A stretch of DNA of 64,000 nucleotides from Waterburya sp. (lineage in GTDB: Bacteria > Cyanobacteriota > Cyanobacteriia > Cyanobacteriales > Xenococcaceae): positions 1,440,001-1,504,000 of the forward strand of contig CBDCJV010000002.1 of assembly GCA_965217895.1 (NCBI GenBank). The letters run 5' to 3'. The translations under genes were made by a program, and so were the position numbers. Below are positions 29,277-40,462 of the stretch, piece by piece. Below the pieces are notes generated by a model. It was not told the origin of the DNA. It saw only the letters and a program-made list of their open reading frames with translations, and did no database searches. Position 1 is the first letter of the stretch. The number at the start of each line of letters is the position of its first letter.

Positions 29277-30782
29277 CTACCCCAAACCGATGCGACCAGC
29301 TAGGCTAGCACTTAGAGGAATCAAAGTCGTCAACATTAAAAACAAGGACAATAAAGCCCAAGCTGCTCTGCTATCATCAGGTTCAGTTAATTCATTTTGA
29401 ACAGGACGTTCCAAGTCTCGTTGTAAGAACAAAATCAACACTGCCCAATAGAGAGGAATTGGATTAACAGGGTTAAATAAAGCCACAATTCCCAAGATGA
29501 TCAAAGTTGCTAAAGTAGTTCTTCGAGCCGTTTTGCGTCCATAAATTGCATGAACGATTCTACCTCCATCTAATTTACCTGCGGGTAAAAGATTGAGTGC
29601 AGTAATGACCAATCCCAACCAACCAATAACAACCAAAGGGTTTATATCAACTACTGCTGACTCTAAAGCCGAACCCAAAATCACTTTTGCCAAAGTGCCA
29701 ACTAAAATAGATGCTCGAAAGAACTCTGTTGGTAGCTGAAACATACTGCCATCATGAGAGAAAGTCAAACCAGAAACTAATAACAGCAAAGAAATTATGC
29801 CTGCTGTAGCTGGGCCTGCAAAAGAAATATCAAACAATGCAGTGCGGTTAGGCAACAATGACTCAAAGCGCGTAATTGCCCCAAAAGAACCAATTTGCCA
29901 ACTAGGTAAAAAGAAAGGAATACTCAAGCGAACACTATAGCGGTCAGCAATTACTCTATGACCGATTTCGTGAGCAATTAAAATAGCCCACAATCCTAAA
30001 CTAAGAGGAATAGCTTCACCATAACGTCCAAAGTCACTAAATAAATCAAATCCCTGTAATAAACTAGCTGCTTCTAGGCTGGTCAAAATTGTGCCGATAA
30101 ACAAAATTAAAGCTAGGTTTTTTTGAGCCAGCGTTGTAGTTTGAGGATCGTTTATCTTGGGTAGGATTACTACCACAGGTTTTTCTTCAGGACTTTCAAC
30201 CAAAAATAAACGATACTTATCATCAAAAGATTGCTCTAGCTTTTGATTCATCTTGAAGTAGACAGTATCTGCTTCCCCGCGCAGATTTCCTTTGAAAATT
30301 GCTCCGTCTTGATAGGGTATTGTTTCTGTAGCAAAAAAAGTGTCGATGCCGAAAATGCCTTTTAATTCTGCCAAATCTTGATCGGGAATAGGCGATATTT
30401 CTGGCTCTGTGTTTTGCTCAATTTTTTTAAGGTCAGAAGATGGAATTATTTTGGCTGAGACTTGTGCTTCTCGTTTAATTCTCTCGGCTGCCTTTTGCTG
30501 TAGTAAAGCTTCTTGCCCTTCTGCTCTTAGTTGCTTTCCTAACCAGATATAAACAGCAATTGAGGCAATTAGCAAAAATAAAATGCCAACTAAGTTAATG
30601 TATATGCCGACAGCAAACAGACCAAAAAATAGTAGCCACGGACCCATCAAAACGATTGACTGTAGCCACGCCAGCATTCCTAATCTGCCATAGGCTTTTG
30701 ATTTGTTGTACCCCCAAATAAGTATGGCAAGAACTGCTGCAATAGGTATAAAAGTGGTAATAGATTCTGATCCGTTTAACAT
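29277..30782 (-). CDS. Site-2 protease (M50, EGY-like)
   Basis: HEIGH zinc motif, AGP, NLLPAGKLDGG. Confidence 0.9.
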   Translation of the reverse strand: MLNGSESITTFIPIAAVLAILIWGYNKSKAYGRLGMLAWLQSIVLMGPWLLFFGLFAVGIYINLVGILFLLIASIAVYIWLGKQLRAEGQEALLQQKAAERIKREAQVSAKIIPSSDLKKIEQNTEPEISPIPDQDLAELKGIFGIDTFFATETIPYQDGAIFKGNLRGEADTVYFKMNQKLEQSFDDKYRLFLVESPEEKPVVVILPKINDPQTTTLAQKNLALILFIGTILTSLEAASLLQGFDLFSDFGRYGEAIPLSLGLWAILIAHEIGHRVIADRYSVRLSIPFFLPSWQIGSFGAITRFESLLPNRTALFDISFAGPATAGIISLLLLVSGLTFSHDGSMFQLPTEFFRASILVGTLAKVILGSALESAVVDINPLVVIGWLGLVITALNLLPAGKLDGGRIVHAIYGRKTARRTTLATLIILGIVALFNPVNPIPLYWAVLILFLQRDLERPVQNELTEPDDSRAAWALLSLFLMLTTLIPLSASLAGRIGLG

Positions 30783-30903
30783 TATTTATTTTAAGATTGT
30801 TTTAATTAAGTAGGTTCAATTAACCATCAAAAATAGCTCTGTATGCTGTAGTTGATATTTAGTTGTTAATGGTTTTTAATTATTTTATTATCTCAGACTA
30901 AGT

Positions 30904-31776
30904 CTATACTCTATATCTGTTCAAAACTTTGGTAATAATTGCAAATACTTCTTCAGGGGCTTCAATCATGGCTAAGTGTCCACAGTTAGGAATTTCAAAT
31001 ACGTTGCTATCTTCTGAGGTAAATAATTGATGAAAGCTAGCTAGGTGATTGACATACTTGATTTCCATCACCCGATCTTTTTCTCCTGCAATAAAATATA
31101 CAGGCTGTTTTAAACGAGAAACTAGTTGAGGCAATAAATGAACCTCAGTTTCGGTAGTGGATTCTAAAAGCGCACCCAAAGCTGCTTTTTCGTCGGCTTG
31201 AATAAAATCAATAATTCTTTGCCGACCCCACTTCAATTTTAGAGGACGAGCCACCATCATTCTAGAGAACAAAACATTCAATAAAGGAACATTACGTAAC
31301 CAACCAGGACGAAACTTAACCAGTTGCTGACCCACATTACGAAAACGTTCAAATTCTTCTTTAAGATAAATTCCTCCTCCCGCATTAAGACAAATAACGC
31401 CCTCAACCACTTGAGGATATATATCCGCAGACCAAAGAGCAACGCTTCCTCCTAAAGAGTGACCGATGACCCATGCCTGTTTAATTTCCAGATTTTCTAG
31501 CAAATATTTTAAATCTTGGGCATAAGCACTAAGACTATAGTGATTATTGAAAGTGTTTGAACTTGTTGACACTGTGGTGGCAATAGATTCACCAAAACCT
31601 CTGGCATCATAGATTAAACACTGATATTCAGATTTTAATAGTTCTACTATGGGTTGCCAGTAGTGACGGCTTAAAAGCCAGCCATGAACAAAAACTAAAA
31701 TAGGTTGTTTGAGATTGTCAACAGGAGCAGTTAACTCATAGACATGAGGTGTTCCCAATATATTTATGGATGGCAT
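30904..31776 (-). CDS. Alpha/beta fold hydrolase
   Basis: HGWLLS, DARGFGES, GHSLGG, CGHL. Confidence 0.88.
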   Translation of the reverse strand: MPSINILGTPHVYELTAPVDNLKQPILVFVHGWLLSRHYWQPIVELLKSEYQCLIYDARGFGESIATTVSTSSNTFNNHYSLSAYAQDLKYLLENLEIKQAWVIGHSLGGSVALWSADIYPQVVEGVICLNAGGGIYLKEEFERFRNVGQQLVKFRPGWLRNVPLLNVLFSRMMVARPLKLKWGRQRIIDFIQADEKAALGALLESTTETEVHLLPQLVSRLKQPVYFIAGEKDRVMEIKYVNHLASFHQLFTSEDSNVFEIPNCGHLAMIEAPEEVFAIITKVLNRYRV

Positions 31777-31843
31777 CTTTTTATCGTATCATCACATTTT
31801 CAACAAATCCTAACTCTACTATTGTGTCAATTTTGACCAATGA

Positions 31844-32029
31844 TCGCAGGAACGCAACGGTCGGTTAATTCCTTCGTCCCCTTTAAAGCTTTCAGTAAGC
31901 AGGCTTTGCCGTATCTTGGTCAGCGTATATAGGCAAGTGCGCCTTTTTCTCACCTCTGTCGGCGACGCGATTCGCAAACAAAGGATTTGTCCGCATATAA
32001 TGCGTTTTATGACCAGGTAATCTGTGACT
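31844..32029 (-). other. Structured intergenic element, AGTCACAGATTAC family, copy 3
   Basis: gtaatctgtgact at 32017-32029, agcaggct at 31898-31905, tcgcaggaa at 31844-31852; stem cttggtca/tgaccagg. Confidence 0.45.
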
Positions 32030-32165
32030 GCAAGATTACAACCGTCTGTTTTTCTCGAAGCCAGGCTAATATTAAGTTCTGTCTCAAATAGTTTTTGGAT
32101 TGAGATCTGCTTTTGGGTCTGAAAATAGATTACTATAACAAGGATATATAAAAATATCGTATTAA

Positions 32166-32717
<552 letters not shown>

Positions 32718-32772
32718 TCCCGCTACTGGTTGGTAATAGGTTTCAATCATTTTTGGAGTGTTTATCAATTAT

Positions 32773-35700
32773 TTAACTATTTAACATTCGATCTACATCT
32801 TCAGGTTTTATTCTTTTAATACTTTGAAAATGCTCTATTTTTTGTAAATAATTTCTAGCTTCAGAATAATCGCCGATCTGAATTAAAATCATGTCTTGAT
32901 AAACAGATTCTTCTGGCGCATTAATCTCCAGCATTAATTCTTGTAATTGGTTGCGTTGAATATCGTTATCGAGATATTTTAAAAACGTTTTACGTTTCCA
33001 CTGATGCACAGTTACTAAACACCATTGTTCAGAACCACTAGTTATTTGATTTGTATTTTCTATATTTGATTTTTGCTCTTGTTTATTAGCTGATTGAGAA
33101 ATTAATAAATTACCTTTTGATGGTGATTCTTCAACAATAACTTCTGTTTCTGTTGGTTTATCAGTAACAGGGTAGCCGACTTGCAATATGCTCTTAAATT
33201 CCGCTCCAGATTGTTTAAAATCTAAGTAATAGCGATCGCATTTTGATAAGCGATGTTCTAAAGTTGTCAATAATAAAGTTAATTTTCCTGAACTATCAGC
33301 CTGTAAATGAAATATATACTGTTCGGAATCGCTCTTAAATCTAAAAATTAATTCTTCCAAAGGATATAAATTATTAATCGTAATTTTTTCTCCCCCAAAT
33401 TTACTTAAATCATCATATTTAATAGGTGTTGATAAAAGATTATTATGATAGTCATATATTTTTAAATTACGACATCCTAAATATTGTGTAAGTTCATACT
33501 CTTGTTGAACTGCAAAAAGATACGACCATTGTTTTTCTTTATGCCAAAATGTAGCCTGATACTTACCTGCGTCCGTAATACATTGAGATAAATCAATTTC
33601 ACTCCAATTATTGTCAGCGGATAACTGTAGAGAATTTCTAGCAATAATTTCTTTTTTATCCATACTTTCAATTAGGCAATTAATAGTTATATCTTCTTTT
33701 TGAGGAGGATAATATAAAGTAGGTGGATTAAGATAAACTAATTTTCTACCTTTGAGTCTCAATCCTATTAATCGAGGTTCTAGTTCTTGTAATTTCCAAT
33801 TAATTTTTAGATTTTTTATTTGAATCAATGCTTCAGATTCAAGTAATCTAACTTTTTTTCCTCGCCACTCCTTAATACTTGAGGTGACAAAACTATCAAT
33901 TAATTCTATATTGCTATCTAATTCAATTTCTACTTCTCTAGAAGTAAATAAAATTATTTCTTCAACGTTAACAATCTCAGGTTTGGATATATCGATATTT
34001 ATGCGTCCTCCAGACATTGCATCGAATACTAGACAAGGAAATTCCGAATTAATCCCTTGATGTTTCCATTGATATATTTGATTACGATTATGGTCTTGTA
34101 AATAGTAAGTCCATTGTTCCGCAGCTTTTGTAATATTAATTTCCAGTTCAGGTATTTCTAAATTATCTTCATTAGGGATACTAGAATTCCATTCTGCTTC
34201 TGATATTTGGCAATATGTACCTCTCAAATTTTGCCACTCTTGTTCCCATAAAGATTGTTCTGGCAAAATTAATTGAATATTTAATGTATCGGTAATATCT
34301 AAATATAAATAAGGTGGTTGATTGCGTCTTTTAAGTGTTTTGCGATCGCCCTTATCTTTTCGAGGAGTTAATACAGTAATTAAATCACTCCAATCACGTA
34401 GAAAAAAGCTATTAGATATATTTAAATTACTATCATGTAATATTTCATAGATTTTATTTTTTACTTCATCTTTTTGTAATTGTTCGTGAGTTATCCCTTG
34501 ATATTCCAATTCTATGGCTACAATAGCAATATTTTTAACTAAACGTTCTGGAATAGTCTCAGTCTGTTCATCGATCTTATCTATATTTAGAAAATGTCTA
34601 ATAGTTCCCCAATTACGATATTTTTTTTCCCAACATCGATATAATGCTTCTGCAACATCTAAAGCTGAACTATGAGCAATTTCCCACCAGTCGTGCTTAT
34701 CGGCGATATCTCGAACTATCTGCAATCTTTGTATAATTAAATCTGTTTTAATTACCGTATCTTGTAATTTATCAAAGTCAAATTCAATTTTTACTTCTGC
34801 TTGCTCTGGATTATCTAAATTAAAATTTATCTCATTTTTATGGTTTATTAATCGTTCAATTTCTGCTTCAAGTTCATCAATATAACTTGGTAAATTGCTT
34901 AACTTTGCATTTAAAGCCGATAATATATTTTCTAGTTTTAATTGATCGTCTTCCTGCTCGTTTATCTGCTTCTTAATTGAAGCTAGCTTGTGCTGCTCTT
35001 TATTCAAATTAACTTGAGCTTGTTCTTTTTTTGCTTCAACTTCAGCTAATTCTTGTACGGCAGAATTTTTTTGCGTTTCTAAAGAAAAGACATTTTGACG
35101 TAAAGCTGCAACTTCATTATTTATCTGTTGCTGAGTTCTTACAAATTGCCTCTCCAAATCTAATTTTTCTTGTTTTAGTCGTTCGGAAGCTTTAAGATCG
35201 CTTTCTAATTTTGAATCTAAATCTATTTGAGTTTTTGATAAATTTTCTAATGATTTTAGTAAGCTTGATTCTTTTTGCTCTAATTCTTGTAATTGCTGTT
35301 GTTTGATTGATAAAGCATTATCTAATTCGATTGCAGTATTCTGAAGATTATGATGATTTTTCTTGGAATCGTTTATTTGCTGCCTTAGCGATTCGTTATC
35401 GCTTTGCAAGTTATTAGTTTCTGCTATTAACTCTTGTTGATCGCTAGTAATTATTGCGATCGCCTTTTCTAAATCTAATTTTTGCTGTTCTAAATTAGAT
35501 ATCTTTGCTGATAATTCAGTTAATGCCGTTTCTTTTTCTTTAAGATGTCGTAGTTTAGCCTCCAGCGTAGCAATCTCAGGTTCTAGATTTAATTTGCGAT
35601 CGCTTAACTCGCGAATATCATTCTGTAGAGTAACAAATGCAGATTTTGACTGCTGTTGATTTGTGCTGAGGCTTGAAATAGCTGTTTTAATGTCTTTTTC

Positions 35701-35982
35701 TTGCTGCTTAAGACTTTCAACTTGCTTGGATAATAAAGTAATTGAATTGTTAGAGTCGGTTTTTTGTTGAACTAAACCCTGTAGTTGTTTTTGTTGTGTT
35801 GATATCTTGTCATTAAGCTTTCGCCTGCGTTGATGTTCTATAACAGAAACTCCAGCAGCAGTAGCAGGTACAGATAATAAACCAGTCAAAGCTGCTTGCT
35901 TAATATCTCTATTGATTATTAGATTTAGACTTAAGCCAACGCCAAAAGATACACTCCCAAGAATCAACCATTTTTTACTCAT
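32773..35982 (-). CDS. Large hypothetical protein: N-terminal TM hairpin, ~340-aa coiled coil, Trp-rich globular region, small C-terminal domain
   Basis: 1069-aa ORF; heptad Q/E/K/L-rich region at about residues 50-390; visibly AT-rich DNA. Confidence 0.75.
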   Translation of the reverse strand: MSKKWLILGSVSFGVGLSLNLIINRDIKQAALTGLLSVPATAAGVSVIEHQRRRKLNDKISTQQKQLQGLVQQKTDSNNSITLLSKQVESLKQQEKDIKTAISSLSTNQQQSKSAFVTLQNDIRELSDRKLNLEPEIATLEAKLRHLKEKETALTELSAKISNLEQQKLDLEKAIAIITSDQQELIAETNNLQSDNESLRQQINDSKKNHHNLQNTAIELDNALSIKQQQLQELEQKESSLLKSLENLSKTQIDLDSKLESDLKASERLKQEKLDLERQFVRTQQQINNEVAALRQNVFSLETQKNSAVQELAEVEAKKEQAQVNLNKEQHKLASIKKQINEQEDDQLKLENILSALNAKLSNLPSYIDELEAEIERLINHKNEINFNLDNPEQAEVKIEFDFDKLQDTVIKTDLIIQRLQIVRDIADKHDWWEIAHSSALDVAEALYRCWEKKYRNWGTIRHFLNIDKIDEQTETIPERLVKNIAIVAIELEYQGITHEQLQKDEVKNKIYEILHDSNLNISNSFFLRDWSDLITVLTPRKDKGDRKTLKRRNQPPYLYLDITDTLNIQLILPEQSLWEQEWQNLRGTYCQISEAEWNSSIPNEDNLEIPELEINITKAAEQWTYYLQDHNRNQIYQWKHQGINSEFPCLVFDAMSGGRINIDISKPEIVNVEEIILFTSREVEIELDSNIELIDSFVTSSIKEWRGKKVRLLESEALIQIKNLKINWKLQELEPRLIGLRLKGRKLVYLNPPTLYYPPQKEDITINCLIESMDKKEIIARNSLQLSADNNWSEIDLSQCITDAGKYQATFWHKEKQWSYLFAVQQEYELTQYLGCRNLKIYDYHNNLLSTPIKYDDLSKFGGEKITINNLYPLEELIFRFKSDSEQYIFHLQADSSGKLTLLLTTLEHRLSKCDRYYLDFKQSGAEFKSILQVGYPVTDKPTETEVIVEESPSKGNLLISQSANKQEQKSNIENTNQITSGSEQWCLVTVHQWKRKTFLKYLDNDIQRNQLQELMLEINAPEESVYQDMILIQIGDYSEARNYLQKIEHFQSIKRIKPEDVDRMLNS

Positions 35983-36177
35983 GAAATAACAACAAACAGT
36001 GTTTCAAAATGTCTACTGTTATTAGAATTCCCTAATAGAAAATAATTACAACAAAAATATAAATTGTTTTAAATTTCATGAAGACGAAGAATGAGAAAAG
36101 TTGCAGCTTATTATTGCGCCATTGATGAGTAAGATTGCGTTACAATTTGCAACAAAAGCAATAATAATTTTTAAAAC

Positions 36178-36957
36178 ATGAGTAGGGCTTTAGTTACTGG
36201 AGCATCTTCGGGAATTGGCGAGTCGTTTGCCAGGGAATTAGCAAGTCTAAATACAGACTTAATTTTGGTCGCGCGATCGCAAGATAAGCTAGAACAGCTT
36301 GCTCAAGAATTAAGCGGTAAATATCAGATAAAAACTGAAGTTATAGTTCAAGATTTAACCAAGCCAGTAGCAGGGCAAGCAGTATTTGACCAGGTTCAAG
36401 CTTTAGGTCTAAATGTTGATTTATTAATTAACAACGCGGGATTTGGCGATTATGGAGCGTTTAGCGATCGCCCTTTAAGCAAACAGTTAACCATGATTCA
36501 ACTTAATATTACTGTCTTAGTAGAATTAACAGGATTGTTTTTACCTTTGATGCAGCAGCGTGGTAGCGGGGGAATTATAAATATTTCTTCAATCGCTGGC
36601 TTTCAACCACTGCCCTATATGTCAGTATATGCTGCAACAAAAGCTTTTGTTCTCAGTTTTACCGAAGCACTTTGGGCAGAAAATAAAAATAGTGGAGTCA
36701 ATATTTTAGCAGTATGTCCAGGTCCAACTGAATCAAAATTTTGGCAAAGAGGAGACTTCCCTGATGATTTTGCAGGAACAAGTCCTAACAGCATGACCAA
36801 GAGTGAGGCAGTCGTCAAAGAAGCTCTCAAGGCTATGGAAAAGAAACAATCTACTGTTGTTACGGGTGGTATCAGTAACCAGCTTTTAGTTAATGTTCCT
36901 CGATTTGTCCCTAGAGATTTTTTAGTTAGTGCCGTAGAAAAACAGTTTAAGAAATAA
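36178..36957 (+). CDS. SDR oxidoreductase (DltE-like)
   Basis: TGASSGIG, NNAGFG, YAATKAF, CPGPT. Confidence 0.9.
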   Translation: MSRALVTGASSGIGESFARELASLNTDLILVARSQDKLEQLAQELSGKYQIKTEVIVQDLTKPVAGQAVFDQVQALGLNVDLLINNAGFGDYGAFSDRPLSKQLTMIQLNITVLVELTGLFLPLMQQRGSGGIINISSIAGFQPLPYMSVYAATKAFVLSFTEALWAENKNSGVNILAVCPGPTESKFWQRGDFPDDFAGTSPNSMTKSEAVVKEALKAMEKKQSTVVTGGISNQLLVNVPRFVPRDFLVSAVEKQFKK

Positions 36958-37102
36958 CTACTCATCTTTATCAATACTTTCTTTTCAACTGTCTCTAGCT
37001 TAAGAACCCTGAAACGTGGCACAATTAAGAAACGTTTATTAAATAAAAAGATTAGTGGCTATTCCATTAGCCAACGTAACCGCTCAATAAATAAGGATTG
37101 AT

Positions 37103-38176
37103 ATGACTGCAACACTACAAGTGCCTGCTAAAACCCGTCGTCAGGTATTTCCCTTTACGGCTATTGTGGGGCAAGAAGAGATGAAGCTGGCTCTTTTGCT
37201 CAACGTCATCGATCCTAAAATTGGTGGAGTTATGATTATGGGCGATCGCGGTACGGGTAAATCTACCACTATTCGCGCTTTAGCCGATCTTTTGCCAGAA
37301 ATTGAGGTAGTCGAAGGAGATCCCTTTAATAGCGATCCTCATGATGCAGATCTGATGAGCGATGAAGTTAAACAAAAAATAGATCGGCAAATACCCATCA
37401 ACACCGTCAAGAAAAAGGTACAGATGGTAGATCTTCCCCTTGGTGCAACCGAAGATCGAGTTTGTGGAACTATCGACATTGAAAAAGCATTGTCTGACGG
37501 GGTGAAGGCTTTTGAGCCAGGTCTGTTAGCCAAAGCCAACCGTGGCATCCTTTATGTAGATGAGGTAAATCTACTAGACGATCATCTTGTAGACGTACTG
37601 CTTGATTCGGCTGCTGGTGGTTGGAACACTGTAGAAAGAGAGGGCATTTCTATTCGCCATCCTGCCCAGTTTGTGATGGTGGGTTCTGGCAACCCTGAAG
37701 AAGGAGAACTTCGCCCTCAATTATTAGACCGCTTTGGTATGCATGCGGAGATTCGCACGGTAAAAGAGCCAAATCTGCGAGTAAAGATTGTCGAACAAAG
37801 AGCCGAATTTGATGGTAATCCTAGTTCTTTTGGTGAAAAATATGCTGAAGAACAAATTGCCATGCAAAACAAAATTATCAAGGCACAAGAGTTACTCCCT
37901 TCGGTAACAATTGATTACGATCTACGGGTTAAAATCTCCGAAATCTGTTCTGAGTTAGACGTAGATGGTTTGCGGGGAGATATCGTTACTAACCGCGCTG
38001 CCAAGGCGATCGCCGCTTTGGAAGAACGTACAGAAGTGACGGTTGATGATATTCGTCGGGTAATTGTTCTTTGTTTACGTCATCGTCTCCGCAAAGACCC
38101 GCTAGAATCTATTGATTCGGGTTATAAAGTCCGAAAATCCGTGGCGCGCATTTTTGGGCTAGAACTAGAAGAATAA
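37103..38176 (+). CDS. chlI: Magnesium chelatase subunit I
   Basis: [41 protein letters not shown]. Confidence 0.98.
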   Translation: MTATLQVPAKTRRQVFPFTAIVGQEEMKLALLLNVIDPKIGGVMIMGDRGTGKSTTIRALADLLPEIEVVEGDPFNSDPHDADLMSDEVKQKIDRQIPINTVKKKVQMVDLPLGATEDRVCGTIDIEKALSDGVKAFEPGLLAKANRGILYVDEVNLLDDHLVDVLLDSAAGGWNTVEREGISIRHPAQFVMVGSGNPEEGELRPQLLDRFGMHAEIRTVKEPNLRVKIVEQRAEFDGNPSSFGEKYAEEQIAMQNKIIKAQELLPSVTIDYDLRVKISEICSELDVDGLRGDIVTNRAAKAIAALEERTEVTVDDIRRVIVLCLRHRLRKDPLESIDSGYKVRKSVARIFGLELEE

Positions 38177-38249
38177 GACTTAGGTACGAGAAATTCTCAT
38201 CCCAAGTTCGATAAGTTTTGAGAAGTAAAGGCAGTTCTTTCGTTAACTT

Positions 38250-39074
38250 ATGGCAGTAACTACCGACAACCAAAAAATAGCCCAACAAGATTCTCAAGTT
38301 CCTCTAATTGAACTGCGAAGAGTCAGTAAGTCCTTTGGGGACAATGTAATTCTAGATCGGATGAATCTGAAGATAGATCGCGGTGAAGCACTAGTAATTA
38401 TTGGTCCTTCTGGGACTGGAAAATCTACTATCTTGAGGATGATTGCTGGATTAATGCCTATAGATAAAGGGTCAATCTATATGAATGGACAAAAACAAAA
38501 AGGCTTAATAGATGACCAAGAAAATTCCTTGGGAATAAGTATGGTGTTTCAGCAGGATGCGCTTTTTGACTCTTTAACCGTAGAAGAAAATGTTGGCTTT
38601 TCTCTTTATCAACATTCCAACCTCAGTCGTCGCAAGATTAAAGATTTAGTAGATGCAAAGCTGGAAATGGTTGGTTTGGGAGGAACAAACAAGAGTTTTC
38701 CTGCGGAGTTATCTGGAGGAATGCGTAAGCGAGTTAGCTTTGCCCGTGCCATTATATCCAATCCAGAAAATCCTCGAAGTAGACCTGAAATAATTTTATA
38801 TGATGAACCAACAGCAGGTTTAGATCCAATTGCTTCTACCGTGATTGAAGATTTAGTGCGCGATTTACAGTGTACTGAAAGAGGTTGTGGTACATACATT
38901 ATGGTTAGCCATCAACATAGTACTATTCGCCGTACTGCTAAGCGTATTATCTTTTTATATGGAGGCAAAATTCAATGGACTGGCACGGTTGAAGAAATTG
39001 ATACTACTGATAATCCTTTAGTGAAGCAGTTTTTCAGCGGCAGCGTTGAAGGTCCAATTCATGTGGTTGATTAA
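38250..39074 (+). CDS. mlaF: ABC transporter ATPase, MlaF/TGD3 type
   Basis: GPSGTGKS, LSGGMRKRV, LYDEPTAGLDP; upstream of an MCE gene. Confidence 0.85.
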   Translation: MAVTTDNQKIAQQDSQVPLIELRRVSKSFGDNVILDRMNLKIDRGEALVIIGPSGTGKSTILRMIAGLMPIDKGSIYMNGQKQKGLIDDQENSLGISMVFQQDALFDSLTVEENVGFSLYQHSNLSRRKIKDLVDAKLEMVGLGGTNKSFPAELSGGMRKRVSFARAIISNPENPRSRPEIILYDEPTAGLDPIASTVIEDLVRDLQCTERGCGTYIMVSHQHSTIRRTAKRIIFLYGGKIQWTGTVEEIDTTDNPLVKQFFSGSVEGPIHVVD

Positions 39075-39101
39075 ACTAAAAACTTAAGGTGAGAGGAAAA
39101 T

Positions 39102-40328
39102 ATGCGATCGCGCACTATCAGAGAAGGTTCGGTGGGATTACTAATTATATTCAGTATTCTGGTGTTTGGAGGTATAGTCTTGTGGATTCGAGGCGTTACT
39201 TTGGGAGATAAAAGCTATAAAATTACTGCTGATTTTCCTGACGTTAATGGCATTCAATTAGGAGACGGGGTTCGCTATCGAGGCTTAAAAGTAGGCAGAA
39301 TTGACGAGATTAAACCTAGTACCAATGGAGTTGATGTGGTGATTGAAATTGACTCTAGCGATCTTTTGATTCCCAAAAATTCTACTATTAAAGCCAGAAG
39401 TTCGGGTTTGATTGGAGATACCTTTGTTGATATTGTGCCTGAGTCTGACTTACCCAAAGAATCCGCTGGTTTAAGTCCCCTTAGTTCTAACTGCGATTCG
39501 TCAAAAATTATTTGTAATAATGCTCGTTTTCGAGGAGAAAAAGGCATTACCCTAGACGATCTATTACCCTATACCTATCGCTTTAGTAAAGCTTATGGTC
39601 AACCAGAGTTCGTTGCCAAAGTAGACACAGCGGTAGAAAATGCTGGCATAGCAGCAGCAGAAATTGGCAAGCTTACCAAAGAAGCTTCGGTTTTAGTTAA
39701 CGATCTAAAGCAAGAAGTGGCTTCTGTGTCTGATGCAACTAAGACGATAACTGACGTGGCAGATAATACTTCAAATGAACTAATTACCACAGCTAAAACC
39801 TATCAGCAAACTGGTAAACAAATTAACAAGTTAACCAGCAATATCAATGAGTTAGTTACTCAAAATAGAACTAACCTTACTACTACCCTAACTAGTATTG
39901 AAACTACTAGCGATCGCCTGCAAGGTTTAGTTACAAAATTAGATAAAACTGTTGATACCGCCGATACAGAAAAATTAGCAGCCAATTTAGCAGAATTAAC
40001 CGATAATGCTGCGGTGGCTTCTAAGAACTTAAAAAATATCTCATCAACCTTTAGTAGTGATGAAAGTTTGGTAAGCCTTCAACAAACTTTAGATTCAGCT
40101 AGAGTTACCTTTGACAATGCCCAGAAAATTACTTCAGATCTCGAATCATTTACTGGAGATCCTGCCTTTTTAAAAAATGTTCGCGACTTGGTTAATGGTT
40201 TAAGTAATTTAGTTTCTACTACCGACCAACTAGACCAGCAGGTTCAAACAAATAATGCCATAAAACCAATGTCTGAAGCATTATTTGTTTCTCCTAAGGC
40301 TAGGAAAACAAAAAAAAATAATAAATAA
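39102..40328 (+). CDS. mlaD: MlaD/MCE family protein (Ycf22/TGD2-like)
   Basis: REGSVGL-TM, GDGVRYRGLKVG, SGLIGDTFVDIVP, helical tail. Confidence 0.88.
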   Translation: MRSRTIREGSVGLLIIFSILVFGGIVLWIRGVTLGDKSYKITADFPDVNGIQLGDGVRYRGLKVGRIDEIKPSTNGVDVVIEIDSSDLLIPKNSTIKARSSGLIGDTFVDIVPESDLPKESAGLSPLSSNCDSSKIICNNARFRGEKGITLDDLLPYTYRFSKAYGQPEFVAKVDTAVENAGIAAAEIGKLTKEASVLVNDLKQEVASVSDATKTITDVADNTSNELITTAKTYQQTGKQINKLTSNINELVTQNRTNLTTTLTSIETTSDRLQGLVTKLDKTVDTADTEKLAANLAELTDNAAVASKNLKNISSTFSSDESLVSLQQTLDSARVTFDNAQKITSDLESFTGDPAFLKNVRDLVNGLSNLVSTTDQLDQQVQTNNAIKPMSEALFVSPKARKTKKNNK

Positions 40329-40462
40329 TAAGTGAGTAACTACTCCTTGTAAAGAAAATAAATCGTAATATCTTACTTACTTGGTTTTACATTTAATTCT
40401 ACCTACTTACTTATCATTCTCAAGCAAGCATCGACAAACCTGAAACTCTAAAAAATATTAAA

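Noticed and set aside
31870..31915. c-di-GMP-I riboswitch (GGCAAA...GAAA...GGGACG on the minus strand)
   Set aside because: The stem around GAAA does not pair and the following GCAAA/P3 elements are absent
36615..37022. 135-aa antisense ORF, and the other 60-130-aa ORFs nested in or antisense to long genes
   Set aside because: They overlap well-supported genes and lack motifs
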